Shown: positions 1 through 13,509, numbered from the stretch's first letter. The stretch is DNA of 64,000 nucleotides from Phoronis australis (GCA_002633005.1 NMRA01000137.1:558001-622000), one strand, 5' to 3'. The notes: generated by a model not told the origin, from the sequence alone. Numbers and translations: made by a program.

Positions 1-1063
1 AATGGGTGTTTGGCTTCGTTGGTCAAATTTAAGTGACGATGAAGCAGAGTTGACATTTGTATGTGCGAGGTCTAGGCTCACCCCTTTGAAACAGTCCAGT
101 ATGCTAAGGAAAGAGCTTCAAGCCGTCTTACTTCTGTCTCGTCTGATGGTGACTGTAGAGAACGCTTTGAGGTTCGATCTGGACTGACAGCCTTACCGCC
201 ATTTGTTGGTTAAGTGGACAGTCAAAATCATACAAATCGGACGTAACCCACCATGTGGGAGAGATTACGACTGCTTTCGATCCTGTGACAGAAGTGGGGT
301 TTGTTCCTAGCAAACAGAGCGTTATCGACATCGTATCACGTGGATGCACTGTTCCAGAGATACAGCAAGTCATCAATGGCCCCAAATACCTGAGATTTCC
401 ACCAGACCAGTGGCCCACGACACCCAAGAAAATTGTGATCCCAGATGACTACGAACAGAAGAAATTTCACGTCCGTAACGCACAGTCTTATGCAGCCAAG
501 GTCACCGATATTCCATTCGTCGACCCTAAGAGGTTTTCCTGCTGGTCACGTTTACTGATGGTGACTGCCCGTATCCTGTCTCTGAAAGTCCTACCAAGGT
601 CTCATTGGATGAAGCAGCTACTAACTCAAGTGTCACAGTGGCCGATGAAAGAAGATAAATTATATTGGATCCGTTGTGCTCAGCGTGAAACCGACTTTAG
701 CGACCCAAACCTGATGAACCTGAACCCTTTCTTCGACGAAGATGAAATGGTCTATCGTATCGGAGGCCGCCTCAACAAAGCCCCTCTTTCTTATGACATA
801 CGCCATCCTTACCTGTTACCGAAGAAAAGTTACATCACCTACTGGTTGTACGCGAGAAGTACAGGCTTGCTCTTCATGGGGGACATCTCAGAACAGCATT
901 CGAGGTTCGGAAAATGTATTGGTTGCTTGGAGACACCAACCTCGCCCGACGAGTGATTCATGAGTGCGTCACTTGCAGACGTCACCGTAGCAAGCCAGTT
1001 ACGCAACAATGGCTAACTTACCGGACCACCGTGTAACACCTTTCCTGCTTTCATAATGTCGGC
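1..1063 (+). mobile_element. Degenerate BEL/Pao LTR retrotransposon pol fragment (RNase H-like region to integrase Zn finger), frameshifted and truncated
   Basis: Pao-type motifs across frames: CARSRLTPLK..SMLRKELQA, DIVSRG, GPKYLRFPPDQWP, RFSCWSRLLMVTA, LNPFFDE..YRIGGRLNKAPLSYDIRHPYLLP, then (frameshift) LHGGHLRTAFEVRKMYW..ARRVIHECVTCRR and ANLPDHRVTP. It ends before the integrase core. Confidence 0.92.
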
Positions 1064-2070
1064 AAAATTTGACTGGTGCCGGTTGGATATACAAATGACA
1101 TAAGTAAAAAGGCACACCTCTTGAAATATCCGGGAATGAAGGACATCATGTCCCATACATTTCCCACTATGAAGTTTGAATCCGCGGTTGCATGGCCGGT
1201 GGCCAGTGTGACTAATGAAGCGGGAGAATTTCGATCCCAGCCGATTTCTAAAAGCTAAAAGAGATTAGTGAACTGAACTTAATCAACTAATAGGAGAGGT
1301 TGACCTCCATTTTAAATCAATGAACCACTATCCACCAGAGTGGGGATAAAGTGGAAATCGCTTTTTGCTCTCAGTACACCGGAGAGCACCAATACGAAAA
1401 GTCTCGATTATAATTGTTAGCCTGTTGATTTTATAAGGCACCTATTACCAGAGAACTACGTTGTTGGAAATAACACCGGAACTCGAACATTACATGAAAA
1501 TGCCAATACATTCGTGTGAACCTTCGGCTTTGCACATCTTATCCATGTATGCTTCATTGTTGTTAAGTATGTTACTTTAGCGTTTCCGAACTTCTTTCGG
1601 AAAAAAATGCTCTTATTTCCAATAACAGGTTTTTAGAAAAAGTACACGCGCGGTGCGCTCTTTCGAAAATTTACGAAATTAAAGGTGTTGCTTAAAATTA
1701 AAATGGGATTTAAATACTTTAAATACAGCTGGTATTGTTTGGAGAATGAATGGTCAGATAAATTTGGATCATTTGATTATGCTCTCCTACGCCCATTTTA
1801 GAAAACATTATCGGTTGGTGGTTGGGAGAGTTTTTTCTGTACTGCAGAAGATTAAAAATTGTTATCTTATTAATGAACTTTGATCACCTAATAACAGGAT
1901 TTGCACATATTTGTCCTTTGGTCGCTTTGATTATCACCCCTAACCGGCGTGTTGATGGGTAATTTCCGTACATCAATTTTTCTTTTACGCATATCAAAGT
2001 GGTGGCGATTAACAAAGAAGCGTATCCTGTGCATACCAGATTCCACACTTTTTGGTTGAGAATACGCAGA

Positions 2071-2093
2071 GCGTGCGCACTGGCGTGCGCACT
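2071..2093. promoter_or_regulatory. Tandem GCGTGCGCACT repeat, each copy containing the palindromic MRE-like core TGCGCAC
   Basis: Two 11-bp direct copies at 2071-2081 and 2083-2093; they match the TGCRCNC consensus on both strands. Confidence 0.3.
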
Positions 2094-2409
2094 CACATCA
2101 TAGAACATAGAGTTAAAACAAGCCAATGTTTACATAGCGAAAAGAGCGCTTGATAATCAAATTCTGACGTGAATCGTGATCGCTTATTTGGACACAGAAT
2201 CTTTCTCGTATCTCGGCTTCGCTGGGAGGCCGATGCCGGAGTGATCTGGGAAAGTAATAGTTTGCGACTGTAATAATTTTACGGATTCAATTGAAATAAT
2301 CTAAAGACTTGAATCCAGGTCTATTTAAAAGTATCGATACTCACGTAAAACTTGACCGACATTGCTAATACCAGATTCTTTTTCATTGCAGTCTAAACTG
2401 AGCATATGA

Positions 2410-2780
2410 AGAACACTGAACAGCTTAATTTTATCACATTTGTTTTTGTCCAAAACATGAGCACAAACTTTAAAATTAACGCGTAAGTAAACGTTTCGGT
2501 TCATTCACTTTTAGCCATTCTCAAGACAAAAGTTCACATTTTTCAATCAGGTGACACAGGTAGAGAACAGACTGTACAGGTACAGGTCAAAACGCATTGT
2601 GAGGGGAGAGACGAGAAATCAAAACAGTTGGAGCTCCAATGAACCAATGTTCCTATTGAAATAGCGCTCAGCATGATTCAACCGCATTTGCCTAGCCTTC
2701 TTTATGAGGAGCCCTAGGGTGGCATTATCCTTGTCTAAGATTTGAACACTAGAGTAATCGAATAGTGTCACTAGTTGTCA
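2410..2780 (-). mobile_element. Penelope-like retroelement 3' fragment (GIY-YIG C-terminus plus 3' UTR)
   Basis: Minus strand 2762-2619 reads FDYSSVQILDKDNATLGLLIKKARQMRLNHAERYFNRNIGSLELQLF*, typical of the PLE endonuclease C-terminus. It is followed by a CTTGAGAATGG...CCGAAACGTTT motif typical of PLE termini. Outer bounds are approximate. Confidence 0.8.
2484..2530 (-). ncRNA. Minimal hammerhead-ribozyme-like motif of the Penelope element (variant core)
   Basis: Minus strand: GTCTTGAGAATGGCTAAAAGTGAATGAACCGAAACGTTTA. It has a CUGAUGA-like box (variant), a short GG/CC stem, GAAAC and a self-complementary AAACGTTT. Confidence 0.4.
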
Positions 2781-5700
2781 ATTAATGGGTTTAAAGTTCG
2801 TGCTCAAGCTTGCTTTTGTCGCTTGGTTGTACTTTTTGTATCAGGCATAGCCACAAAAAGTCAGAGGATTCAATTTCCTAGTACTATCCCATTAACGTCG
2901 ACGCTTCGGTGTTCAGGGGAGCTCTGATCACTGGGAACGCTTAAATTCGGTCTTGGATAGAAGGAACAGGGAGATTTGACAGTGAAGCATCGACGAGTCG
3001 CTACAGGGGGACTGTTCAATTTCGGTGTCCATCTAAAAGCCGTGCTCGTACGACCGCTTATTTTTATCAAAGATTATGTTACCGATTAATCTTGCAAAAC
3101 CTTGTATAATTCAACTCGAAACAATTGAAGACTAATTATAAATGGTAAACTATATGAATACAGCAATAACTTTAACTAATTACTTTAATTATCTCTCCTT
3201 TCTGTCCCCTCATAAAACTGTGGCTAAGCACCACGTGGTCAAGTGGAAGTCCCGCCCACACCAGATCGGCGACATGAATGTATATAATGTCAATAAATTT
3301 GAACTGCAATGTGAGTAGACTAGGCCCATTGGGAGGCCAAAAATGCTTTGGGGAGGGGCTAGCTAAATGATGGAAATAACATCACAAAACAATCAAATGT
3401 CTAATTTTTTCGACGAGACGGGAAATTATTGAGGAATTCTCGTTGACTAAAAATGAATGAAAGTTGATTAAAGACAGCCTCCAGCAGCTAAAACACCTTC
3501 TTGACACCAGAAATGCAAGTATTGTTCTTAAAAAAAATAATGTTTTTGCTTCTTACAAACCACGGAAAGTAATTAATTGCAACGCAAATTACACCGCTCA
3601 GCGGCCCCTTCAAACGCCCCTGAAAAAATCTGACACAAAAGTAGTGTCATTAAAAGCTATATCGCTCGTCTTTTACCGGCGTGTTGTAAAATTGGCGTTC
3701 TGCCGCCCATCTACTGCTAAAATTGAAGTGCGCTCTTGTGAGTCTCGCTGGTTCCCTGCGTGCCGCTAAGTGGGGCGGTAGCCGCGCCAGCACGCAGGTA
3801 TCACTTAATATTCCTCGTTGTGTTGCTATTACAGTTTCAATCTTTTGAGGTTGATCGAGTCAAAATGGCGGCGATTACGGGTTGTAGCATTTCAAGGTGA
3901 ATTATTTTGAAAATTGTGTTTCTATTATAAAATTTTCAATGAATTTGAATATAATTGCTTTGTACGAAAAGATCAAGCTGATATGTGTTGTAACGTTTCC
4001 ACGTATTTTGCACCAAATAAAAGACCTATTGTTGCCTATTCCAATACGGGACACACACTCGACAGCCGCCCGTATCGGAATCGCGCAGCGTTCACGCCTT
4101 CGGCTTCAAGAAGACATGAATGCAAAGTTCCTAACATCAAAATTTTTGTATTAAACCAATTTCACTTTATAATAAACATTGTGAAATTGCCTGATAACAA
4201 TTAGGACGAAGCGTTTTGTTTTTTCGGTTGTTTCGGCGACTCCATTTACACTCCCGGGGATTCCCATACGGGCCTGTGTTAGAATGTGTGCTAAATAATT
4301 CAATAAAAATTCTAAAGGTAATTATTTTGATCAATTTTAATATTAATTGACATGAAATGAACATTTAAGGTGTTTCCTTGATTTTCCATGTATTTTGCAC
4401 TAAATTAAACGGCCAGTCTTCGCTGATTCCAATACTATGAAGACACGGTGAAAGCCAAATTCGTTGTAACGATGATGTCATAGTCTTCGATTAGTGCAAG
4501 CGCCATCTCAAGTTTTTTTTTGGCTCTAAATGGGTTTCGTGATGGGACTACTGTATTGTAGAAGGCCTACTTAATAAACGACTGGGGTATGTCATGACAC
4601 AGTATTTTGATATTTTTCATCATGTATTTCAGATGTTAAATAGTCATTTTGGCACCATATTAGGCTTTTAAGGGTTGCCCTTTCCCAGTGGGGTGGGCAC
4701 CTCCTGGTTACGGACATGCCTCGTCCACTTATGAATTACTTGCGTTCTAGTTTAAACATTGATTTAGCTGAGTTAAATCTAACATTGACTGTATACCCTA
4801 TTCGCTCGAGCACAAGGCAGGAAGAAGGTTGCGGAAAGATAAGAATACTTTTTACAGTCCCCTCTTTGTTTCGTCAATTTATTGTCGAGCACGTTGATAT
4901 GCGTCATCAATATAATTATAACTAAATATATATGCGGGTTGCGCAATTTTTATTGGATTTTGGTTGTACTTAGCTCTTTGTGACGTCAAATCGAACTCGT
5001 GATTTTTGTTTGTCTTTGCTCAGGGTGAGTCGTTGAGTACTACCCAATGATAGCTGTCAAATTTAATATTATCTTGGTTAGCAAATATTAATCTTTACTG
5101 TTCCGTTTTCAAGAAGTCTCGTAAAAAGAAAAGTGTATCTGATGGGGTGGCCTCGCACAAGGCGTCTTCTTGCCGGGACTGCACCGAACAAAATTCATTT
5201 GATGAAGTCGCAGGTCTGCGAGAATGTTTTTGTTATCACGTTGCAACAATTTTAATTAGTGTTCCCCGCAAAGCGGCGTTCTTGTGTCTGATCGTGCGCT
5301 TAACAACTCTTTTGCACTTCAGCTAACGATGAAACAATGGATAGTTTTGACACGTTAATCAAACTATTCGTTTCAGTGACTTAGACGCAGAAAATGTAAA
5401 CGACATGAACGCCCTCTGTTGTTAGTCCCGCAAAAATCATGGTAAACCAAGAAAACGTTTGCAAATTTCAAAATGAGCTATTCAAAAGAAATGTGAGTGT
5501 TCTAGGAAACTGCAACTTTGGGTAGGAACTCCGCAATCAAAACAAAGCGCAAAGTTACTTGTATTATAATGACACATCCTTCCCAACAATGGTGTAAAGC
5601 AGAGTCATCACGTGCACCACTTTTACAACGAAAGGTTTCGCTGTGGACAGTTTGGGGCCGTTCTGGACAGCTAATAGACATTTTCCTCTTTCAAAGAAAT

Positions 5701-7518
5701 TGAACAGAAACGTGACAAAAGAACTGTGCCTCTCCTACAACAAAACCCAACCACTCACTGACTGTGTTATTCTCTTCAAATAGTTCTGTTCTGACAGAAA
5801 ATGATGGTAGCATATCTTCAAACTACATGGTCAAATACCATTATTGTATTACAATACGGTATAATATACAATATTGCATATCAAATCTAAAAAACATGAA
5901 AACAAAGTGTTTATCTTGACTTGGTGTGCGAGACAGGCCAAATTGAACGAGGTGGCTCACGAACATTTGGAACGTTGGACACTTTTTTGTAAATGACTTG
6001 AATATCCCACTACCACTTTTAAGTGTTAAACCATAGTCAATTTGACAGCATGACGCTCCCAAAGGATTTATACAAAACGCTAGAAAATATGGCAGTTCGT
6101 TAAATTTACTTGATACAAGGGATCCGATGTAAAACTTTGACCACCAACTACCCCCATCGCTATCTAGCGACAAGGCGTCCTTTATCATGTCGCCGATTTA
6201 TCGGAAATGTACAGGAAGACCTGCACACAAACTACTCTAATATCATCATGACGAACGTTGTCTACACTCGATTGACTTCGCCGATACCTTCGGATCAAGC
6301 AACTGAAACATCTGATTGGTTCTCGATGATGAATTCCGGCTTTTCAACCAATCAGATATAGCTTAGCCGATTGCCCCGATTTAACCCGCGAGGTCGATCA
6401 GCCTGTCTTTGCGTAAGTTTTTAGCAATGGAGAGTGCATACCCAGTACGTAATGATAACCCCGAAATAAGTAAACATTGAAGATACCTAGATTAGATTAT
6501 TGACGTTTGAGGTGTATCATTCATTACTCTACATTATCTGGTGATGTACAGTCGTGGTATGTATTTGCAAGTCCAGCTATCCTCTTCACGAATAATCAAA
6601 TCCGAGTTCCGAAAAATCTGGGACGAAATGAAACCAACAAGACCCGAAACTTTTCGAATGTGCTTCCTTCTAATCCACCGCTTAAACTGTCGATCGTAAA
6701 CTACGTTACTAAACCTGTACAAAATTGACCACAAACCTTTCTACACGAAAATAAATAATAAATTCACCCACAGACAATCTCCAACAGCACTCAGTTTATA
6801 GCCTAGTAAGCTACCCGCTTCCGCCCTTCGGGAGGGCATTTACACTACAGTGTATAGCAAGCTCAAGAAACGAAACTAAACAAATTGTAAAACCATAAAG
6901 GGAAAGGTTGAAAGATAATTTGCTGTTGTTTGTATACACGTGTCTTGACTATTAATAAGGGCTACTTATTAACCATATTTTGTTTTTACTTCATTCCGTT
7001 CAAAATGCTCGACGCGTAACTTCATGGGACTGAGGAAGTTGGATAAAACTGATAACGAGTTCGAAGAAACGTCCGAACGAACATCGCGTATACCAACGAA
7101 TGTCAAAAATTTCCCGTTCGCTCGAATGCACTGAAACAATGCACATCACAGTGTAACGGCGTTTACGTGCTAGGGCAGTTTGGCGTAGTTCTCGCCCACA
7201 GGCGTACCATGCTGGCTCAGGGGGGTCAAAACAAGCAAATTTGAGCAATAGAGCACAGTCATCTCACTAGAAAATACGGGAAGCCTTTAGGGTGAAATCA
7301 GTGGCGACCGGGAAAGTGGTGGATTAGGCCATAACGGTATTCGGCGGGTCTCATTCAAGACATGTTTTGGGCCAAAAAAGGCTTCTCCTCGCGTTCCGAG
7401 CTCGTTCCATAAACATTAGTTTAACGGGCTCGGACGTTCTGAGAATGAATTAGGTATGACAGTGTCTGAAGCTTCCCTAATTCACCAGAACAGGATGCCC
7501 TTAGTTGTCAAGACTCAC

Positions 7519-7558
7519 CTATGTTTTCCATGCACCAGGTCCTTCCCGCTGTCGGCAT
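7519..7558 (-). CDS. Candidate first coding exon of a minus-strand gene (MPTAGRTWCMENI + 1 nt)
   Basis: ATG at 7558 opens a frame to a consensus donor AG|GTGAGT (7518-7513). A possible 69-nt 5'UTR intron lies at 7704-7636 (GAG|GTGAGA ... CTGTTTCTTTAG). No downstream exon was recognised. Confidence 0.4.
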
Positions 7559-9003
7559 AATCCCACTCTTCTTCCACGCACGCAATATATTTGTGTCGCA
7601 CCTTTATTCCCTCAGCTGGATTCTCGGTAACAAAACTAAAGAAACAGCAGATAAAACTAACAACAAATCGCAGACTAATCGTCATCTTTACGAGTTATTC
7701 TCACCTCGTGGTGCCCGTACCCTAAACTTTCTCGTCCGTTCTCTTGGCTACGGGCACAGATTGTGTTTTTGTATCGCAACGATTCATGTGCGATTAGATT
7801 AAATAAATCTTTCTTTTGCGCATGAGCAAAACAAAATTTTACCGGTTATTTGTCTACGAGCTATCTCTATCCGTGCAGTCCTACTGTCATTTTTTCTTAA
7901 CCTTTAATTCGCCAATTACATTTACGTGTCCGCTATGGTTCAAAGTATATTTTGTTCATCAATCAGTTCTGTGTTACTCTTTTCTGTCGTTAAGGTTTCG
8001 TAACCATATCTCAGTCTTTACTTACTGATACGCACTGAACACCCAACAGCGACGATACGGTAAACTCTCCTAAATTTCGGCAAAACTAATTGCTAAAGTT
8101 GGTTGTTGTTGTTGTTGTTCGTATTTTCCAAAGACTTCTTGCATTGTAGGTTTCTGAAAACACTGTAGCTAGGGCATACAACTTACGACTGGTAAAGCCA
8201 TGTGCTACTTATCTCTAATAATAAAAATTTAATTTCACTTCTCTGCCTTAATTTGTCCTTCACTGATACGTTGGAGCGATATTACCGTAAGTAGATGAAT
8301 AATTTGATACTTTGTTAAAGTGATTTAAGAAACAGGCTGCCATTGAACGGACTTTATGTGGTTTATGAATCCTTCAAAACACATTAATGACCTTTTCATA
8401 ATTCTATTTATCTTCTTGACAAGTATCGCTGTGTCAAGGTGTCTGTTCATGATGCATTCCGCTCAAAATAAATTGAATTTTAGTTGCATATTGCAGCTTG
8501 AAACTTTTTAACTTTAAAATGTTTGCTAAAATCAGTAGCACCATCAACAAACCTGCTGGCTGAGATCGCCCAAGATCTTTGAAGGAACAATAAGTTTCAA
8601 TTTCCAATTTACAAAAATCGATTGATGGCATTCACTCAGCAACTTCGGAAAATCTATCACTAACAGAAACTTGAACTATTCATGTGCTGACTTGGAAATT
8701 ATGATTCTCATCTTAAGACCCTACAGAAACCCATAGACTATTTTGAGATCTGTAAAAGTATGAGCGTTTTGAGACATCCAGTTGAGGCAACAAAATAAAG
8801 AAAACTGAATCAAATATTGGAATTGGCTTACTTCAGTTTGCGTCCGTCTCTCACGGACTTCAGTTTGACTAGTGATGTTATTATTGTTCTGGCTAATAGG
8901 TGGCGTTTTAATTAAACGATCCGGCATCGAGGTTAGGCCACTATCCCATACGACAGATGGAACCTTAGTCCACCTCGTTTATTCAGAGAGGGGATTTCGA
9001 TGC

Positions 9004-9111
9004 GTTCATGGAGAGCTTCCTTGACATGATTTTAATACTGATGATGTCACTATGCTAGACTGTGAGGAAAATTGGTTCAGAAGGGGTATCAAGGAAGCTC
9101 TTCTTGAACAC
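9004..9111 (+). mobile_element. Penelope-like GIY-YIG endonuclease remnant
   Basis: Reads VHGELP*HDFNTDDVTMLDCEENWFRRGIKEALLEH, matching the PLE H-x-F...ILDREENWFxRGIKEA signature, with one in-frame stop. Confidence 0.7.
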
Positions 9112-10161
9112 GTCGGTATCCCCGCAAAATCATGAAATGCTAACCACGTTTTGTTTTTGTCTCAATCATGCTGTTTCCAGGCCGCGAAGCTTAGCACCCT
9201 AAAGTGGGACGGAACGTGAAAAACAGTTTTTAAAATTGCAGTATTCAAAGTGTTTTTCTGCCACTGAAGCAGAAGCCAAACTGACATGGCAAGACATAAA
9301 GTAGCACATTTTCCTTTTATGGAAATGTGACCTTTGACCTTTGATGTAAACAAAGCAATGACTATTTCAAGCAGCAGCCAGTCAAAGTTCTTTTAGCGCA
9401 TGCGCAAATATACGATATTTGGGGGCGGAGAATTTGAAAACTGTATTGGGATCGATGAAAGAGTTTATGTTTCGTCTGTGTTTCAAAAATTGTAAATCTG
9501 ACTATTTTTTCAAAAAATCCTTGCTATATTCAAAGTGAATAGCTCTCACGTTAGCATCCCCCAGAAGTAAATTCGCCACCATGTGTTTAAAATGTATTTT
9601 GCGAGTTTCCGCGTTCCATCGCTCTTCACAGTCGATATATCCTTACATTTACCGTGTATAACTCATTTCGCCCAGCTGAACTGCAATTGGATTACTCATA
9701 ACCTAACTACAAGTGTTGGTTTGACACTTTCAACGTTGCTAATTTTAAAATCACCAACTTTGACAGTGTCAGATTGGCGCATAAGACTCATTCAATAGTT
9801 ACTTCATCCCACAAATATATTTGACGTTCATAAACAAATTATAGTATTTTTCAATCTCCATAAAGCAGCAATACAATGGTACACAACATAGAGTATGCTC
9901 AAACAAACAAGAACCAGCGCCTGATTGAGTGAAGCATGCGACCCCTTGACACGATAAACGCTTCACTTGCAAGTTTCGGATGTCAGAACTATCGCTAATC
10001 TTTTTGTGAAACGATCAGGTTGTCGGGTTCATAAATTTGTTCGTAGTTAATCTTCAATTACAATGAATTACGGTTAAGCAGTTTAATGAATAGTTGTAAA
10101 CGTTTTTCTCTTGTTGTTTAGTTTATATCAAACCCAAATTTACACTCTCTTTGATTTTTAG

Positions 10162-10186
10162 TTTTTCACTGACCATAATGGTAAGT
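10162..10186 (+). other. Candidate exon end carrying an ATG directly before a consensus donor
   Basis: CTCTCTTTGATTTTTAG|TTTTTCACTGACCATAATG|GTAAGT. ATG at 10178-10180 has A at -3. Confidence 0.3.
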
Positions 10187-12144
10187 GCAGTAGTAAAAAG
10201 GAAAAGTTGCTTAAAGTTAGATGTACACGCCGTTATATTGGTCGCTAATTATCGTCGAGAACAAGCTTAGTAGCGGATGTGGACCGAACTCTTACGAAAC
10301 CACTTCTGCCACTGTTTTTTGGGGAGTCAATTCGTTCTGATGTTTTTGATGTCACAAGCTATAGTATTTTGTGAAAGTAAAAGTTCTTCACATTTAAACC
10401 TGTATATTTTCTTGAAATTTCAGACTGTTAAAGTTGGCTCTAATTCTGCAAATTGGACATGGGATAGGACCCCATTTAAAAGGACTGAAATAGATGTCCA
10501 TAAAGGGTGGAATTGTAACCAGTATTTCCATAGGTTGTATCAGGTCGAACAACACAGACAGATTTTTAATTTTTTCACATAAAAAATAGTGAATGTAAGG
10601 CGATTTTCCGAGTTTATAGGCATGGTGAAGTTTGGAACTACCATTCCGAACATTTTAATGCCGTTACTGAAGTTGTAAATAGAAATGTATTACGGTACTA
10701 ACATTGCTGTTTATCAATTTGATTACACATTTAAAAATAATTCATAGGATAATGGGAAAGCGCTTGTTTTTTTTCAAAAAAAAATCACTTACATGATATG
10801 GTATGGGGATTAAGATTCACTATTTTGATCCCAGATCTCTCATTTCTCCAAACATTTAACTGTGTGTATTACAACAATCTGGCTTCTATCAAGTGATACT
10901 TGACAAATTGTGAGCACTTTTAAGCTACAAAATTAAAGTTTACCCTACAATTGGAAGCGAAAAATCAGTCTTACTGCTTTATTGGATAAAAACTGACGCA
11001 TTTTGTCATTGACCCGGGGTCCAAAAAGAACATTATCAAATTTTAGAATATTTGTATTCGCTGCAATGTTGATTTGACTTTGTTTTTAAAGGATGACGTA
11101 TTTTCTAAAAATAAAAATGATTGCAGCGACGTATGTCTCCCACCGTTTCATATATTTACATAAACTACTTCTTAGAGAATGCTCCGGCAACCTAATATTA
11201 TGATACCTGTCTCAACGTTCATCTACCGCCTTGTCCCTTCCGCTGGGTGTCCTCCGAAACTAATGTTCCCCAAGCCCAATAATCCCATTCAATTTCTGTA
11301 CGACTTATTGGTGTTCATCAGGTGCATGAGCCCGTATATGCAAAAACGAATCTTTTGTGGGGTTAGAAATGTGTGGCAATTTTGAGGGCACTATGCAATG
11401 TATAGGAGGCGGGCAAACGCAAATTTGAAAAGGGTTTACCCGGGGGAAGCTTTTTATTAGTGAATAGGGACATGGCCCAACTGAATTCATAAATAGTATA
11501 CTTGACACCAAAAGGTCGTTTGTTTCCTAATTTCGAATATTGCGTCATTGTTGATTATTCGTCATAAATCAATTGCTTCTCACGGGTAGGTATTTTTATT
11601 GAAAAGGCAAGAACAAAAATATGATCAGTTTACAACTTTGTTGACGAACGTTTTGTTGCTATTAGCAAAAAAGTCTGATCTTCCGATACAAAGACAATTT
11701 GGAATGACACCCAAATGATTACGAAACCAGTTAGCACCGAGCAGGGGAGGACATTGAAGAGCGAACATCGGGGCCCGCGAATTTTGAGCCAGGGGAACGG
11801 AGGGACGGGAGAACAAAAAGGCAGAGGAACATTGCGCATGGAAAACAACAGTATCCTTCATGGGAAAATTGAGATAAGGGAGCATTAGTTGTGTTGGAAT
11901 TTTCGGTAAGAAGGGTTTGAGTCGAGACAAAGGCTATCGGCTTCCTGGACGAAAAATGAATCTCGTGTGCCTTGTGACATCACGTACGAAAGTACCCCAC
12001 CCCAGAAAGGTCGGCAGTGCAATGAGTCATCCCCAGAAAAAGACGCGAGTAACTCTGTTGACGCAGACAACGAAGTCATTTCAGTTTTCTAGGCATATCT
12101 AACCAAATAAAAAATATAAGTACTTGACTTGACTAAACTACTGA

Positions 12145-12510
12145 GGTCATACAGGACCTTATCGACAAATCTGTGTATTTTCAAAAAAAATTAGCAAAAA
12201 AACAAAAACTACATTCTTGGCAAAACAACGATAAAAATAATTGAAACATGCTTAAATTCGGTAAATATCAATGTTGAACATGAAATCTAAAAAAACATTA
12301 GTTTTCTAGATTATCATTTCGCTTTCATTTTGTGCAACTTTGAAGTTTTTTAATATCTCTTCATTCATTTCAAAAACAATTCTTATCAGCGTTTTTCAGA
12401 ACAGCATGTAAAGAATATTATCTGGCAGTTTCATATGAATTCAATAAGCCATTTCTGAGATACGAAGTTCCTAAGTTAGGCAAATACAGAGTCATTTTCT
12501 GGGATCATAC
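12145..12510 (-). repeat. Dispersed repeat family A, copy 1 (unclassified non-autonomous element)
   Basis: Reverse complement resembles 28990-29372 and 62260-62632 (GGACCCTAGAAAAT..., CTCAGAAATGGCT..., ATGAAACT, terminal GGTCCTGT..ACC). Confidence 0.65.
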
Positions 12511-12578
12511 ATAACCAATAGATTGTCTTGCACCATAGTTAACAAGAGGGTGACTTGGAAGCGCGTTGGAATTTTTAG

Positions 12579-12624
12579 ATGAGTGTGCGGACAGGAAAAG
12601 TAGAACGGGAAGTTTCACCGGAGA
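12579..12624 (+). CDS. Candidate 46-nt coding exon (MSVRTGKVEREVSPE + 1 nt)
   Basis: TTTTTAG|ATG...GGAGA|GTAAGT; purine-rich, open frame, located in the CpG-rich zone. Confidence 0.4.
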
Positions 12625-13361
12625 GTAAGTAGTACCTAGAGACCAAACAGCGCCGATCTATTCTGGCTCACGATAGTCATGAGAATGGGGTCGAGTGAAT
12701 CAGCAACGACTGTTGGGTCTCCCGAACAGGGACGCATATTCATCCCTCATCCGCGCTATCATAATTTCAGTGTATACAAGTATTTGTACTGAAAAATCTT
12801 CAATAGTTTTGTATCCTAGAACTCCGCAACATTCACATACTGCGACATTTCTGCATAGGCAATAAAGTAGTCCGCTGTGGCTTTGTTCAAATTTCGTGGT
12901 TCAAATCACTAAAATTGTACGACGTGATATAAGCTTGCCAACGTAGCTTCAGATGAACACTCACGTATCGTTCTGTACCTGTAACCTGTGTGACTATTAC
13001 AACCGGTTTCATGTGTCACAAAAGCTTTACACGAAATTAAATTCTAACCATGAATTCAAGTCAACAAATAAGGCCATTGATTAAATATGAAAGTAGGAAG
13101 ATTATTTATATTATAACATATTTTGATTTATTTATGCACTAAAGTTACATTTTCAAGTGCGTCTAGACGATCTATGCTGCACCCGTTTTGACAACCATTT
13201 GGAATTTTTTACGTTTGTCTCTGTATTTTTGGAGTTACTTGGCGTATTTTAGAAAAATTTAGCAAATAGTTTTTATTAACGTGTTGCCGCGGTAAAATCC
13301 GAAATGGTGCCTTTTTCGCGCCCGTTTTTTACCCAAGTGGTTCGCGTATTAACGCATGCGC

Positions 13362-13509
13362 TGATACGCCGTAAAATGTAACGCCTGTTAAAGTAAGCAC
13401 AACTTGTTACATTTTAGGAGAGGCTTAGCAACGCAAAATGTAACAACGACGTAAAAATGTAACATTCATTACATTTTACGAAATTGTTACATTAAAAAAC
13501 GGCGTATCA
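13362..13509. mobile_element. 148-bp MITE with TG...CA ends and 6-bp TSD
   Basis: TIR TGATACGCCGT / ACGGCGTATCA, flanked by direct ATGCGC (13356-13361 and 13510-13515), with internal AAAATGTAAC/GTTACATTT motifs in both orientations. Confidence 0.8.

Noticed and set aside
5010-5030. TTGCTCAG|G|GTGAGT (and TTTCAG|A|GTAAGT at 41242) as 1-nt exons
   Set aside because: Frame-shifting and very rare in nature; more simply isolated donor-like motifs.
6802-6840. GC hairpin near CTAG as a Helitron 3' end
   Set aside because: The CTAG is not followed by T and no 5' TC end or second copy was found.
9109-9586. CAC...GTG-bounded segment as a Transib/Chapaev-like MITE
   Set aside because: The inverted similarity is weak and the putative TSD is imperfect.
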